From: the human T2T-CHM13v2.0 reference genome, Homo sapiens | Assembly: GCF_009914755.1 (NCBI RefSeq) | Contig: NC_060940.1 | DNA: 64,000 nt | Strand: one strand, 5' to 3' | In this document: positions 13,031 through 28,567 of the stretch, in pieces | Numbering within the stretch: the first letter of the stretch is position 1 | Layout of the letters: the number at the start of each line of letters is the position of its first letter | The notes under the pieces: generated by a model | Databases searched by the model: none | Told to the model about the DNA's origin: nothing | The model's input: only the letters and a program-made list of their open reading frames with translations | Program-made: the position numbers and the translations under genes

Positions 13031-13610
13031 GCTTGGGTGAACCCAGCTCCCATGGTTGGGTCATGTCCAGATTTGAGTCTTCTCAGCTGAGCTGCCAGAC
13101 ATCCAAATTGCTGACCCTCGGAACGTATAAGCATTGTTCAGTGGTCGTCCCAAGCTGTGACGCGGCTGGACGGAAGGCTATCAGAGCAGCCAGCCTCAAC
13201 CAAGTGGGAGGCCACCCACACAGGGCTGCTCCAGTGGGGTTGGAGAGACAGGCCACAGCCAGGTCAGAGACAGATGAGAGCCAGAGAACCAGTCTCTGAC
13301 TTTGGGGGCTTGTGAACCAACCAGTGGGATACACAAGGAGAGAAATAGAATTGGCCATTTTTAAGGGAACAGAGAAAGCACTCTTAGGGTGAGATAGCTT
13401 GCCTTCAACGTAGAAGTGCATTTAGTAACCACTGTGGAAATTATCAAGAAAAATTCAAAGCTGAACCAGGCCTGATAGGACCAAGCGTGAAAAAGGCGGT
13501 CAAATGGATCCGTGTCTTTGATAAAAGCTGTGAGCAGACATTCGGGGACTGAAATATTGGTCCAGTTTCTCTCTCAGAGTTGCAACACTCTCTAAAAATT
13601 CCCCCCAACT

Positions 13611-13720
13611 GCCAGGCACAGTGGCTCATGCTTGTAATCCCAGCACTTTGGGAGGCCAAGGCAGGAGGATCACTTGAGACCAGCCTGGGCAAGATAGTGA
13701 GACCCCTGTCTCAAAAAAAC
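13611..13720 (+). mobile_element. Alu monomer (FLAM_C-like) with a small internal deletion
   Basis: Left monomer only. Perfect 14-bp TSD aattccccccaact at 13597-13610 and 13721-13734. Confidence 0.88.
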
Positions 13721-14370
13721 AATTCCCCCCAACTAATTTTAACTTGTGTAGAATTTATAAAACTTGAGTGTATGCTATAATAGTACCATGAGAGAGGAAG
13801 ATGGGCTAGTTATAACATTAAATAAAAGAGAGAGTGTTATAACATGTTTATGAACTCAGCATCATGGAACTTTGGAGTTAGAAACCTTTGCATTTATTCA
13901 TCTGGACTCCCCCACATTGCAGATGACGAGACGGGTACAGGGAGGTCCAGCCACTCATTTCAACAGGTCAGCCAGTAGTAGCAGAGCGGGGATCAGAAGC
14001 CAGCTGTCGGGCTGAGGCAGGTGCCCTTTCTCCACTTCAAAGCTTTTCCTTTGTCTGGCAGGGATGATCTCTCTGTGTGCGCACCATGGTCTCAGCCTCA
14101 GTCTTTCCCTCCCCGCTGTGTCCCTCGGCCTCTCTGTCCACCTTCCTCAGTGTGTCTGTCTCCCTCTGTGACTGTGTGTCCGTGTGTCTTGCAAGGCCCC
14201 TGGCTGTCTCACTCTCACGCTGCACACACATGTCTATGCGCTCTTTTTAACCCCACATCCATTGCTGATGCCCCAAATGAAATAGCCACAGGGATTATCC
14301 AGTATCCCATGTCCCAGGTGCCCCGAGCCACTGCTGGATAGTAGCTCCACTCCTTTTATGGGTAAGATAA

Positions 14371-15032
<662 letters not shown>

Positions 15033-15970
15033 CCCATGACCTGCTTCTAGATCATGTGTGACTCCTCCTCACCCCAAGGCCCCTGTGCCAAGTGCTCCTC
15101 CCTGACCTTCAGCATAGCTGGTTCCTTCTCGACCTCCAGGATTTGGGTTGAAGTTGGCTCCTCAAGTGAAAATGTCGCTTACCTCTCATTATTCTCTGTC
15201 TATCCCTTTTTAAAATTAAAAACATTCTTACTTTGCAATTCAAGTATAATGTATGTGCAGAAAAGCGAAGCTGTATATATCTAATGCAAAGCGTTTTCAC
15301 AAAACAAAGCCACCAATCAGATCAGGAAACGGAACAAGACCAACACCCCAGAGATGCTCCTACTGCACCTCCGTGGGACTTCCCTCTCCTCTTCACTAAA
15401 GGGCGCTGCCATTTTCACCTCTATCACCTTGAGTTAGTCTCGCCTATTTGAACTTTATATGAGTGGAATCATATCACGTTATTCCTGTGCATTAGGCTTC
15501 TTTTGTTCAATATATTTTTTGTGAAGAGTTATTCATTCTGTTACATGTAGCTCTAGTTTATAATTTTTATTGCTGAATAGTATTTCATTTTGTGAATATA
15601 AAACAGTTTGTTTATCCATTCTGTTGTCGACGGATTTGTTTATCCTGCCCGGGCTTCACTGAGATTCTTAGAACTGTAAATTTATGTTTTGCACCAAATC
15701 TGGGAAGTTTTATGTCATTTCTTCACGTATTTTTCAAGTGACTTTCCCTCTCATGCCTCTGGAATTCCATTTCCACATAGGCTGCACTGCTTGCGGTTTT
15801 TGCATAGGTTTCTGAAGTTCTATTCCTTTCTTTTCAATAATGTTTTCTCCATTTTTCAAATTAAGTAATTTGTTTTCACTTATTTCCAGGTTCTCTGATT
15901 CTTTCTTCTTCCAACCCCAATCTGTTTAAAAACTAGCAAGTTTTTAAAATCTCAGTCATGGTACTTTTGA

Positions 15971-16384
<414 letters not shown>

Positions 16385-16710
16385 TGAACACATTTATAAC
16401 ATCTCATTTGAACTCTCTCTGTGAAACCCATTATCTGGATTAACTGGGAATCATTTGTTCTTGAGCACGAGTCACACTTCCCTGTTTTGTTGAATGTCAT
16501 TTAACATTTGGACATTGCATGTGTCATGTCTACATGCACGTGTCAGGTAATCTACATGTAGACTGTAGATGCTATGTCGGCAGCAGCTCTGGAATCTGTT
16601 GTGTTCTTCTGAAGATTGTTGCTTTTTTTGTTCTAACAGCTGTCATGTGCTGGATTCTAAGGACAAACATTGCCATCTCTGTGGTAAGCAGCTAATGTCC
16701 CTGCTGTCTT

Positions 16711-17015
16711 TTTTTTTTTTTTTTTTTTTTTTTGAGATGGAGACTTGCTGTGTCGCCCAGGTTACAATGCAGTGGCGTGATCTCGGCTCACGGCAACCTC
16801 CACCTCCCGGGTTCAAGCAATTCTCCTGTCTCAGCCTTCTGAGTAGCTGGGACTATCAGTGCATACCACCATACCTGGCTAATTTTTGTATTTTGAGTAA
16901 AGACAGGGTTTCACCTTGTTGGCCAGGCTGGTCTCAAACTCCTGACCTTAAGTGATCCACCTGCCTCGGCCTCCCAAAGTGCTGGGATTACATGTGTGAG
17001 TCACCGCGCCGGGCC
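16711..17015 (-). mobile_element. AluS
   Basis: Full Alu, TSD cctgctgtctt / cctgctctctt. Confidence 0.92.
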
Positions 17016-18689
17016 CCTGCTCTCTTCTTATGGCTCCAGCTGCTGATTTTTAAGCCTGAATCCTGGAGATTTTCCCTGCACCTGTGCAACGGGGCAGGCA
17101 GCCATGTATTTGGGCTAAGGCTATGCTCAGATTTAGGGTCTCAGTGTCTCAGTGGCTTCCTTGCTTCCAGTGAGTACTCCTGAATTTCCACAGCTCTGCC
17201 AGCTTTGGGCTCTGTCCTCTTCAAGCATCTACGGCTTCAGGTGTCTGCCTCTTGAGCTGCACACAGCTGGGGCATGCACTCATTTAAAAAGGCAGCAGCA
17301 CACAGACCTTGCCCTGTGCAACTCCATCTTTCAAGAAGTGCCTCCACTCTGGCGTTTCCCTGCTTATTGGTGACTGCCTGGGACTCCCTCTGCATATGCA
17401 CAGTCTAATTGTCAGCCAGGGATTTGGGCAGAGCTCACCCTGGGTGTGGAGTTTCAAGCCAACTTTTCTCACTGCCAAGATCTCCCCTGTATGTATATAC
17501 TCCACACCCAGGCAGTCTTGCCCCTCATCTCTGGCACCTGGAGTCTGTCGGGCTGTGATTTCCACCAAAGCTGTGCCGTCAAGACAGAAAGCTGCAAACT
17601 CACAGCTCCTAACACTTCCATTTGCAGTTGACAGTCACCTCTCCTCTGGCTTATCTTAGCTTCTCATCTCTTTATAGAGTATTTAAATCATCACTGTTTA
17701 CATTTTATGAAGTGTTTGGAGTTGTTATCTGCGGGAAGGTTCACATAACCACTCAGCTCTCATGCCATTCCCAGAAGTTCTTTGCTAAATACTTAAGTAT
17801 GTTGATATCTATAGAGACTATGACTTCATTTGAATAAAGTATATATACACGCATGTGTATGTGTGTATTACTGAAGCATAACTTACAGTAATAAGCACAT
17901 ATGTTAAGTGTGTGATTTGATGAGTTTTGACAAATGTATAGCCTATATAATCAACACTCATATGAAGACATAGAACGTTTTTCACCCCAGAAATTTCTCT
18001 CATCTCTTTTCCAGTCAGTTCCACCAACATCTCCCAGAGGCAGCCACTCTTTGAATCTCTATAGCCTGCGTTATTTCTGCCTTTTCTTGAACTTCCTTTA
18101 AGCAGAATCCTATAGCATTCGTTCCTTTGTATCTGCCGGTTTTTTGCTTCACATGGTGTTTTTGAGATTACGCTGTTGTGTATTTCAGTGGCTCATTGCT
18201 TTTTATCACTGAGCAAGAGTCCATGGGATGAATGAATTATCACCGTTTCAGGTCACTTACTTGTTAACATTTGAATAGATCTTTGGAATGTTAGAGGGGT
18301 TTTGACTGTCATGAATAAAGTTGCTGTCAGCATTCTTATCCATGCCTTCTTGTGGCCACGTTTCATTTCTCTTATGTGCCTACCTAGGAATTGAAATGAG
18401 GGGTCGCTGAGCAGAAGACATTTTGCCTATTAGAAACCCTCGCAGAGATTTCCACAGTAACTCCCTGACGATCAGTGAGGGACCTGGTTGTCCCGCTTCA
18501 TTACCTACACTTGGGCTTGTCTTGTTTTTTCCTTTTAGCTCTTTTAGTGAGCGTGAGGCTGCATCTCACTGTGGGATTTGCATTTCTAGTTCCCTGATGA
18601 CTGATGATGTGGACCCCCTTTTACTGAGCTTAGGGACCATTTGTGGATTTTCTTGCATAAGGTTGTGTTCAAATCTTTTGTCCATTTTT

Positions 18690-18995
<306 letters not shown>

Positions 18996-19618
18996 CTTTT
19001 GTCCATTTTTAACAGGTGGTTTGTCTTGTTCTTACTGGTTTGAAGCAGTTCTTTATATTATTTGATGTTCAGTTCCATGCCAAATCTACATTGTGAATAT
19101 TTTCTCCTAGTCTGTAGCTTTTTTTTTCCATTTCCTAATAGTGTTATTTAATGAGCAGAAATTATCAATTTTGATAAAGCCAAATTTAACTTTTTTCTTT
19201 TCTGGTTATTACTTTTGGCTTCTGTCTGATAAATACTTGCCTATCCCAACATCACAAAGATATTCTCTAGTGTTTTCTTCTGTAAACATTATTGCTCTAG
19301 GTTCTATGTTTAGGCAACAATGCATTGCAAATTCATAGTTTTGCACAGATTGAGATAGAGGTAGAGATTTATTTCCTTCCACGTGATCGCCAATTGTCCC
19401 TGCACCATTTATTAAAAAGTCTTCCCTTTTCCAAGTGAGTTGCCATGATGTCTTTACTAAAAGTCAGTTGTATATATGGGGTCTATGTCTAGATTCTCTA
19501 ATTTTATTGAACTATTTGTCCATTCATACACCAATATAATACTTTGTTGATTATTGTATATTTATAGTAAGTCTTAAAGTCAGATAGTATAGCTCCTCTA
19601 ATTGTGTTGTTCTCTTTA

Positions 19619-19934
<316 letters not shown>

Positions 19935-20787
19935 GGCTATTCTAGATCCCTTTGCATCTCTGTATAACTTTTAGAAACAGCTTATCGACTTCCACAAAAA
20001 AAAAAATCAGCTAGAGTTTTGATTGCAAATGCTTTGAGATTACAGATAAATTTTGGGGAAAATTAACATTGTAATGGTATTGAGTGTTTGAATCCATGAA
20101 CATGGTATACTTCTCCATTTATTTAGGTCTTATTTAATTTCTCTCAATAATCTTTTGACATTTTCAGTGTAAAATTGTTCAGTAACTTCTTTTCTTAATA
20201 TACAACTATGTCATACATAGACATGTACGATATGGGCTGTGCTCTCAAATTGCTTAGGGTCCGATAGCTGGGAGAAATAAAAAATCTGGGACAATGAGCC
20301 CAAGTAATTTAAGACATTCACAGTTGGGCTGTGGGTTGCTCTTGCCAACGTGCAGATGCAGGCTGCATATGTTGCAGGGTCCTCTCATTCATTCCTCAAA
20401 CATTTATCAAGCATCAGTGATATGCCCAAACACTTAGAATATAGTGCTAAGCCAGATGGGTTCTATGGGAAAGGAAACTCAATAGTAATGATAATTATGT
20501 GCCAGGTATTTTCTACATGCTTTCCCTGTGTTATCTCATATCATCCCAACACAGCTATAAAGAAAGTGCTATTTTTAATAAACTTAATTTTTAGAGCAAA
20601 GTCTAAACCTCTGTTTTAAGTTCACAGCAACATTGAGCAGAAGGTACAGAGATTTCCCATATATCCTCTGCCCCCACACAGGCATTGCCTCTCTCATTAT
20701 CAACATCCCTCACTAGAGTGGTACATTCATTCCAGCTTATAAACCTACACTGACACATTATTATCAACCAAAGTCCACGGTTTACGT

Positions 20788-21233
20788 TGTAAGAGTTAAA
20801 GAAAGAGGAAAGAATCCTGAAAAGTGCCTCAACAGTCCAAGACAGGTTTATTTTGGAGAATAAACCTGAGAGGGGCTTCTGGCCAATTTCAGTCAGGAGT
20901 GCTCTGTCTTACAGACTAAGAGTATGGAAGGGTTCAGGGCGAGAGAGCTTATCACAGCCTTAGGATGTTTCTGTGTGGAGGAGAAGTTTATTACAGGGTT
21001 GGAATGTCTCTGGTCGGAGGGAAGGTTACCTCTGGGCTGGCATGTCTCTGGTTACGGAAGGGTTTGTCTTAGGGTTGGCATGTTTCTGGTTGGAGATGTC
21101 ATTTGTGATTTATGGTCATGCTGACATTAGCCATTAGGCTGATTCCCCTTGGGTTGGATTTAGGCCGTTTTTGATCATGGGGAACTTTAAAACGGTGGTA
21201 CTTGTCCAAAATGGCGATGCTCCTGCTCTGTCA
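20788..21233 (-). mobile_element. Solo LTR, LTR47-like (ERVL class)
   Basis: 446 bp, TG...CA ends, 5-bp TSD tacgt/tacat. Reverse complement begins TGACAGAGCAGGAGCATCGCCAT. Family name from recall. Confidence 0.75.
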
Positions 21234-21971
21234 TACATCAGGGTTCATTCCTGGTGGTGTACATTCTGTGGGTTTGGAAAAATTTCTAACAATATCTATC
21301 CACCATTATGGTATCATACAAAGTAGTTTCACCGCCCTAAAAATCCTCTCTGTCCTGCCTGTTCATCTCACCCTCCTGCCAGCCCCGGGCAACCACTCAT
21401 CTTTTGATGGCTCTCACAGTTTTGCCTTTTCCAGGATGTCACATAGTTGGAAGCACACACTACGTAGCTTTTTAAGACTGTCTTCTTTGACTTAGTAATA
21501 TGCACTTACATGTCCTCCACATCCTTTCATGGTTTGCAGCTCATTTCTGTTTAGTGCTGAATAATGCTCCACTGTCTGGATGGACCATAGTTTATTATCC
21601 ATTCACTTATGGAGGGCTATCTTGGGTGCTCCCACATTTTGGCCACAGTGAATAAAGCTGCTATAAACGTCTGTGTGTAGGTTTTTATGTGAACATAAGT
21701 TTCCAACTCCTTTGGGTAAATATCAAGGAGTGTAATTACTGGGTGGTATGGTAAGAGCATGTTTTAGCTTTTTAAGAAGCTACCAAACTGTCTTCCACAG
21801 TGGCCACACCATTTTGCATTCCCATCAGCAATGAGTGAGAGTTCCTGTTGCTCCACATCCTCGCCCAGCATTTGGTGTTGTCAGAGTTCTGGGTTTTAGC
21901 CATGCTGTTAGGTGAGAGGCGATATCTTATGCTTATTTTAATTTGCATTTCCCTGATGACATGTGTGGTGA

Positions 21972-22469
<498 letters not shown>

Positions 22470-24009
22470 GGGAGCATCTTTTCATATGCTTATTTGCCAT
22501 CTGTGTATCTTCTTTGGTGAGGCGTCATTTAAGATCTTGGCCCACTTTTTAAATTGGGTTGTTTATTTTCAAATTGTTGAGTTTTAGGAATTCTTTGTAT
22601 ATTTTGGATAACAAGCCTCTCTTCTCAGATATTTCCATCAAAAATATTTTCTCCCAGTCTGTGGCTTGTCTTTTCATTTTTTGGCAGCATCTTTCACAGA
22701 GCAGAAGTTTTCGTTTTAATGAAGTCCAGCTTATCAATTATTTCTTTCCTGGATCCTGCCTTTGGTGCTGGATCTAAAAAGTCATTGCCAAACCCTAGGT
22801 CATCTAGATCTTCTTTTATGTTATCTTCTAGGAGTTTTATAGTTTTTCATTTTTCATTTAGGCCTGGGATCCATTTTGAGTTATTTCTTTGTGAAGGTCC
22901 ATGTCTAGATTCATTGTTTGCAAGTGCTCTTTTTATGTGCATTGATGAGGTTTGGGAAGGTCAGTAACTTGGACAAAGCACACACCCTGGTCAGCAAAGG
23001 AACCCCAGACCATGCTTCTATCCATAGGGCTGAGCTGGGGCACAGCTTTGTGGAAACTGAGTTATGTATGAGACCCCACAAAAGGCTTAGAATCACTTCC
23101 CTTTTCCCCTCTCACTTCCTTGGCTCCAGAATGAGAATAGAATGTGCGTCCAGAAGCTCCTTTCAGTCTGCATCCTCTGACCCGTGTGCCCACATGCTGC
23201 AAGGGCTCTGATGCCCTCTATGAAGTACAAGGAAACACTTATAAAATAGCTAAATGTGCAGTTTTGCCCCAACCAGAGGTGATTGCAATAGAACCTGGTA
23301 CAGACCAGTAGAAGCAGGCATTGACAATTCAAAGAAGAAATAATAGACAAACATAACAGAGAAAGAAACATAATTGAGAAACAGAAAAATTATGGGAGAC
23401 ACATAACAGAGAAAGGGTGTGTGTGTGTGTGTTAGGGAACAGCCACTATGTTCTAACTTTGGGGAAACATCATTAAGATCTCTGAATTACTGTGTCACAG
23501 AGGAAGGGATTTCAAGACCACCTGCTGACATTTGAGGATTTTGCTCAAGGAAGGTTCCTGGAAGGGAGGGGCCACTCCCATGAGACAGCACAGCTCAGCA
23601 GAGCTGAATGGCTCACCCCCCCACCCCCCCAGCTTACCCCCTACATTGCCGATGGCCTTCTCTGCCAGGGATAGGGGCCCTGGAGCCATCGGCTAAAGGA
23701 GGCCCAGCACAAAAGGTGCCCAAGTTTATTGAGGGTTCTGGGCTAGAAGTTTAAGGCGGTAATATTGGAGAGAACCTTCTTCGTGGTGACTCTAGCTTTG
23801 GGGACGCTAAGCATGGTAGCATTTGGCACAGACCCGTGAGTTTAGACACTTGGAGATTTGAGCGTTTGGGTGAGGGTGACGATGATGGTGGTGGTGGTCC
23901 TTGTGGTCCTGATGAACTCGGATGACATTTTAGAGGGTTTGCAGCAATGGAGAAAACGCAGCCCCAGCCTCATGGAACTTGCGTTCTGGCAGTGGGAGGT
24001 GTAAGAACA

Positions 24010-24140
24010 GCATCCCTCACAGTAATCCTTCTACACAGATGTTATGCTTATTCTACACTCAAGGAACCGAAGCTCAGAGATGTCCACAGCTTGCCCAACC
24101 CACACAGCAGGTGGTGGTGAGCCTGGATTTGAACTGCCTT
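24010..24140 (-). mobile_element. MIR fragment
   Basis: ggaaccgaagctcagaga...cttgcccaacccacacagc...ggatttgaac. Confidence 0.6.
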
Positions 24141-24349
24141 GTCCGTGGGGTGGTAGAGATTTGAGCTGAGAAGACACACGTGCCTCACCAAAACTCGTGG
24201 GAGTATTTTGTTCTCAGGGGTGACTGAGCACGCCATTTCCTCTTGACCCAGCTTAGCTCAACCCTTCAAAGGACCAGAGAATGGTATGTGTGTCTCTTTC
24301 TCTTTAAGCAAACTTTCCTTAGGGGAAAAGAAAAAGCCATGCCACAAGG

Positions 24350-24620
24350 CGGAAGAAAGTCGCAGGAATGAGGCCGTGCGGCCAGGCCTCGCGGCCACCC
24401 ACCGGCTTGTGAGTGGGAAGCAGTGGGATTTCCTCCCGGGCAAGCCGACCCACCCCCCGCCCCCCCGAAGCGGGCCAGAGAGGTGTCCTCGGTGGGTCAG
24501 GAAGGGTCGACGCCCCCTCCTTCCCTCAGCCGCATCCCGCGCCCCCATCCCTCTGCCCGCCAGATTCTGCGGAGTCTGCGAAACAAAACCGCCGTTGTTT
24601 CCAGCCGGGCTGCTCAGGAA
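24350..24620. promoter_or_regulatory. Small CpG-island-like region with GC box
   Basis: Dense CpG, ccccgccccc at ~24455-24465, unique sequence next to a repeat-dense block. Confidence 0.45.
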
Positions 24621-25168
24621 AAACAACAGGTTTTTCCACTTTGGGGCCTTTGTAGATGTGGATGCCCCGCATGCTTCTCCTCCGCTGCAGAAGGCTGTGG
24701 TCTTCTGTTCATTTCGTCAGGAAATACTCTGGGAACTCTCCAGGGCCACGGCAGCTGGGGGCCTGTCCAGCCTCCAAACTTAGGGGTTCCCTGGGACCCC
24801 AGAATCCCTATGAGCCCCAGGATCTCCCAGCCTGACAGCCACCCCCAGGCACCGCGCTCTTTCTCCTCCCAAGATGCCTCTCCTCTGCGTCTCACCCCCA
24901 CCTGCACTCACACCAATGTCCCAGGGTCTCCACACACCGTGGCCCCCAAGCGGCCTCCCCAAAGTCCAGGCGCTGATCCCTCCCTCCAGGGAGAGACCCC
25001 TGACCCTGGGGTGGGGGGCTGCAGGCTCCGCCGAAGACCCTCCTGGACATCTGAGCAGCAGAGCTGATGTCTTACTCCTAGGACACAAGCCCCATCCGGA
25101 CATTTACAGATTTACATATTTTTTCTGTACATCTAAAACTGTTTTAGAATAAAAAGATAAAAAGTCAC

Positions 25169-25491
25169 TTTTTTTTTGTTTTTTTGTTTTTTTGTTTCGA
25201 GACAGAGTCTCACTCTGTCACCCAGGCAGGAGTGCAGTGGTAAGATCTTGGCTCACTGAAACCTCCGCCTCCCGGGTTCACGTGATTTTCCTGCCTCAGC
25301 CTCCTGAGTGGCTGGGATTACAGGCGCACACCACCACGCCCTGCTAGTGTTTTTTTTTTTTTTTGTATTTTAGTAGAGACAGGGTTTTACCATATTGGTC
25401 AGGCTGGTCTCACACTCCTGACCTCAAATGATCCTCCCACCTCGGCCTCCCGAAGTGCTGGGTTGACAGGCGCGAGCCACCGTGCCCAGCC
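25169..25491 (-). mobile_element. AluS
   Basis: TSD aaaaagtcacttt / aaaaagtcgcttt. Confidence 0.93.
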
Positions 25492-25904
25492 AAAAAGTCG
25501 CTTTAAAAAGCATTCGGCTGAATGAGGGAACGAGTGTTTCCACAATACGACACGATGTCAGGCTCAGCCTAAGGCCTTGGACTGAGCAGGTTTCAATGAG
25601 CTCTGGGCCCCTGGCCACGGTTGCATCTCCGGCCGTCAGTCCTAAGCCTCGCTCTGGGGACTGTCTAGAGTGGTAGGTGCTGGTCTGGGTGCACACACGT
25701 GTCCCTTGTGTTTGCTGCTGGGAGGACGCCGCTCTCACAAATTTTGAGAAATTGGCTGGGTTTAGGAGAGTGGAGGGGCTTTACTCTTTTACAAAACTGC
25801 TTGATCTTTGACGTTCTTCTCAATCATGCTCGCGGCTCCGTGTTGACTAGGATATAGAGCTAAATGCCGTCATTTCTTTTCTCCATGATCAAATCTCAAA
25901 CCCA

Positions 25905-26210
25905 TCTGTACTGGCCCCAGAGATATCAGATCCTAATCCCTGGGACCTGTGAATGCTACTTTACACAGAAAAAAAGGGTCTCTGCAGATGTGATTGAACT
26001 GAGGATCTTGAGATGGAAAGATTGTTCTGAACCATGGTGGGGCGGCGTCTGATGGCATCAGGAGGTCCCGATAAGAGGGAACAGAAAGAAGTTTAAGACA
26101 CGGAGAAAAGGAGGAGGCTGCGTGGCCACGGACGCAGACTCTGGTGTGATGCAGCCATGACCAAAACGCCTGCAGCCCCAGGAAGACAGAAACACGGCGG
26201 AGAGGATCAA
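25905..26210 (+). mobile_element. MLT1 (C/D-like) LTR fragment
   Basis: tcctaatccctgggacctgtgaatg...tgcagatgtgatt...ggatcttgagatgg. Confidence 0.7.
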
Positions 26211-27213
26211 GTGAAAATGGGGAGCCCGGGCCAGCGTCTGGGGGTCTTGGTGCCTGACGGGGGCTTCCTGGTTCTAACAGCTGGGATGCGGTCCGGAGAG
26301 GCTCGAGCACGCTGCCACTATCCCAGGAGGCAATCAGCGATCTCACGCATGGTGGGCGGGACACAGGTGGGCCCTTCTGGGGCCTCAGCTGCTGATGCGG
26401 GTGGGAGAGGAAGGAGCCCGCATTTGAGGGAGGCAAAGTGTGCAGAGAGAAACACTTTGAGGTTCCTTTTCCTTGTGAGAAAAGCCCTGGGTGCCACCGC
26501 CCCTCACACGGCACCACCTGCCCCTCCCTGTGGCAGAGGCTGTCCCCATTCCATTTTGGGCTGGGGGAGGCTTGTGGTCCAAGGCTAAGGGGTAAGTACA
26601 TGTGCCGCAGCCCTGGAATGCACAGTAGGTCATGCCCCCCGCTGAGGAATTGCCAGAGGCGGGGGACTTGTCTGATGTCACACCTGGCCTCACCCAGTTC
26701 TGCTGACGGATGGGCAGCCACAGGACCCGAAGTCCTGAAGCTTTGGGAAGTATGAGCCTGTCCTCTAGAAGGGCAGGTCCTGGCCTTTGTAAAGAGCTCA
26801 TTTTGGTGGATTGAGAACCTGGAGAAGTGAAATTAATGAGCTGAAAGTGACACCTGCCTTTGACACAGAAAGTCCACCAGCCGCTCCTCCCCCAGCCCTA
26901 CCACAGGGCAAGTTCTTGGCCCTGTGCAGGTCTGTCTCGGGTGGGGGCTGCCTCGGTTAACTCCCCTTCCCGTGGCTGTGGGGAGAGGCAGGGAGCAGCT
27001 GTAGAAACCAAGAATTCCGTCTGGATCTTCAGGGTGAAGGCTCTTTGCTGGCTGTTCCCTGCTGGTGGCACAGAGGGCTTCTGTGGATGAGGACTCGGAG
27101 GCCCCCTCTCTGAGCCCAAGGAAGGCCTCACACCCCAGTGAACCACAGAACAGGGGCCATGGCGCTGCACTGGCTGAAGCTCCGGCCTCCTCTCCCTCCC
27201 ACCATCTGTGCAG

Positions 27214-27279
27214 GACGCCCGGCTCATCCCAAACCAACTTCCTGGAGCTTTCCGAGGCCGATCTACGAGTGACAACCAG
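27214..27279 (+). other. Candidate 66-bp internal exon (possibly lncRNA)
   Basis: Pyrimidine tract plus CAG acceptor (27211-27213), donor CAG|GTGAGC. Confidence 0.3.
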
Positions 27280-28509
27280 GTGAGCTGCAGGCTGCACCGA
27301 CGTTTCCACCTCACTCAGCCTTCTGGATTGTAGAGACTATGTCTCCACTCAGCATTAGTGAAGGAATTGCATTCTTGGGATTGGGGGAATCTGAGGGAAG
27401 AGGCCTTTTCCATCCCGGTGGTAGCAGAAGTGGAAATCTGTGCTGGAAATAAAACACCCTGAAATAACAGAAGAACTGGACATACTCCAGAGGGTTTTGA
27501 AGAAACCATCCCAGAGCGAGAAGGCAGCCTGGCTGCTCAAAGAGCCGAGGGGTGGGGCGTTTGAACTGCAGTTCAGTGACTGGAGAGGGGCCATTTGGGG
27601 CAGTGGCTTCCAAACCAAGTGGCTGGGCTTTGGTGGATGGGGAGCAGTCCATCATAAGCTACAGTTTGCAGGTCACGGATGGCTGCAAATTTCCTCCACG
27701 GCTGGAGGAAGATGGGCCCTTCCATGGGGCTGTCTAGGGCTCTGGGGCAGCTCTGGAAAAGACAGCCATGAACTTGGCCACGGGCAGGAGCCTGCAGAGT
27801 CCCAGCAGAGACCCCACCACCTGGGGGGCAGAGGCTCCCTATTGGGGTCCCCTCCTGGGGTCCTGGGTCCCCACAGACCAAGCACAGGCCGACAATTTCC
27901 CTGCCCTCACGCATCTCGGAAGGCTTGGTGCTGGGCAGGGCCAGGGATGCTTCAGTGAGTTCTAAACATTCTCAGTGGATCAAAGATTCTCATAAACAGA
28001 GGCCTAAGTGCTTACATGGAAATTCCCAGTGGTTTATCTTGGGAATTAGTTAAGTGCAATAAAACAGGCTTCTGGCAGATCTGCGTCCTGTGGTGGCGTG
28101 ACCCCCACACAGCCTCCTACGGATGAGCTCTGACCGGCTTGAGTGGGGCTGGGCTCCCTCTCAGTGGAGGAGCGTTTCATTAGCGACAGCTGGGGATCGT
28201 TCGCAGAAATGCAGGCGTGGCCCCCGGGAGAAGCAGACCTGTGAAAATCCGGACTTTGAAAATGGAAGTGAAAAAACAAGCTCTGTATGAGAACTAGGAG
28301 TCTCCAGGGATTCGTGTCTGAGTTCCTCTCTGTGAAGGAGCTTGCTGGCACTGGTCTGTCCAACCCCGGGGTTTACGGAGACTCAGGTTCCCGGACGATA
28401 CTGCGTCTCCACGGCGTCCAGCGAAATGCCTCCCCCACCCCACCCAGTTGTTGGGCCTCTGGGGTAGAAAACGAACTAGGGGATTGGGATTCACTGGTGT
28501 ACTCAACAG

Positions 28510-28567
28510 ATGCATATGAGGCCCTTGTCGCAGGCTGGGCTCTGCCAGGCTGCTGTAGTACGCCGAG
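28510..28567 (+). other. Candidate 58-bp exon
   Basis: Strong donor GAG|GTGAGT, weak acceptor (caacag, poor pyrimidine tract). Confidence 0.2.
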
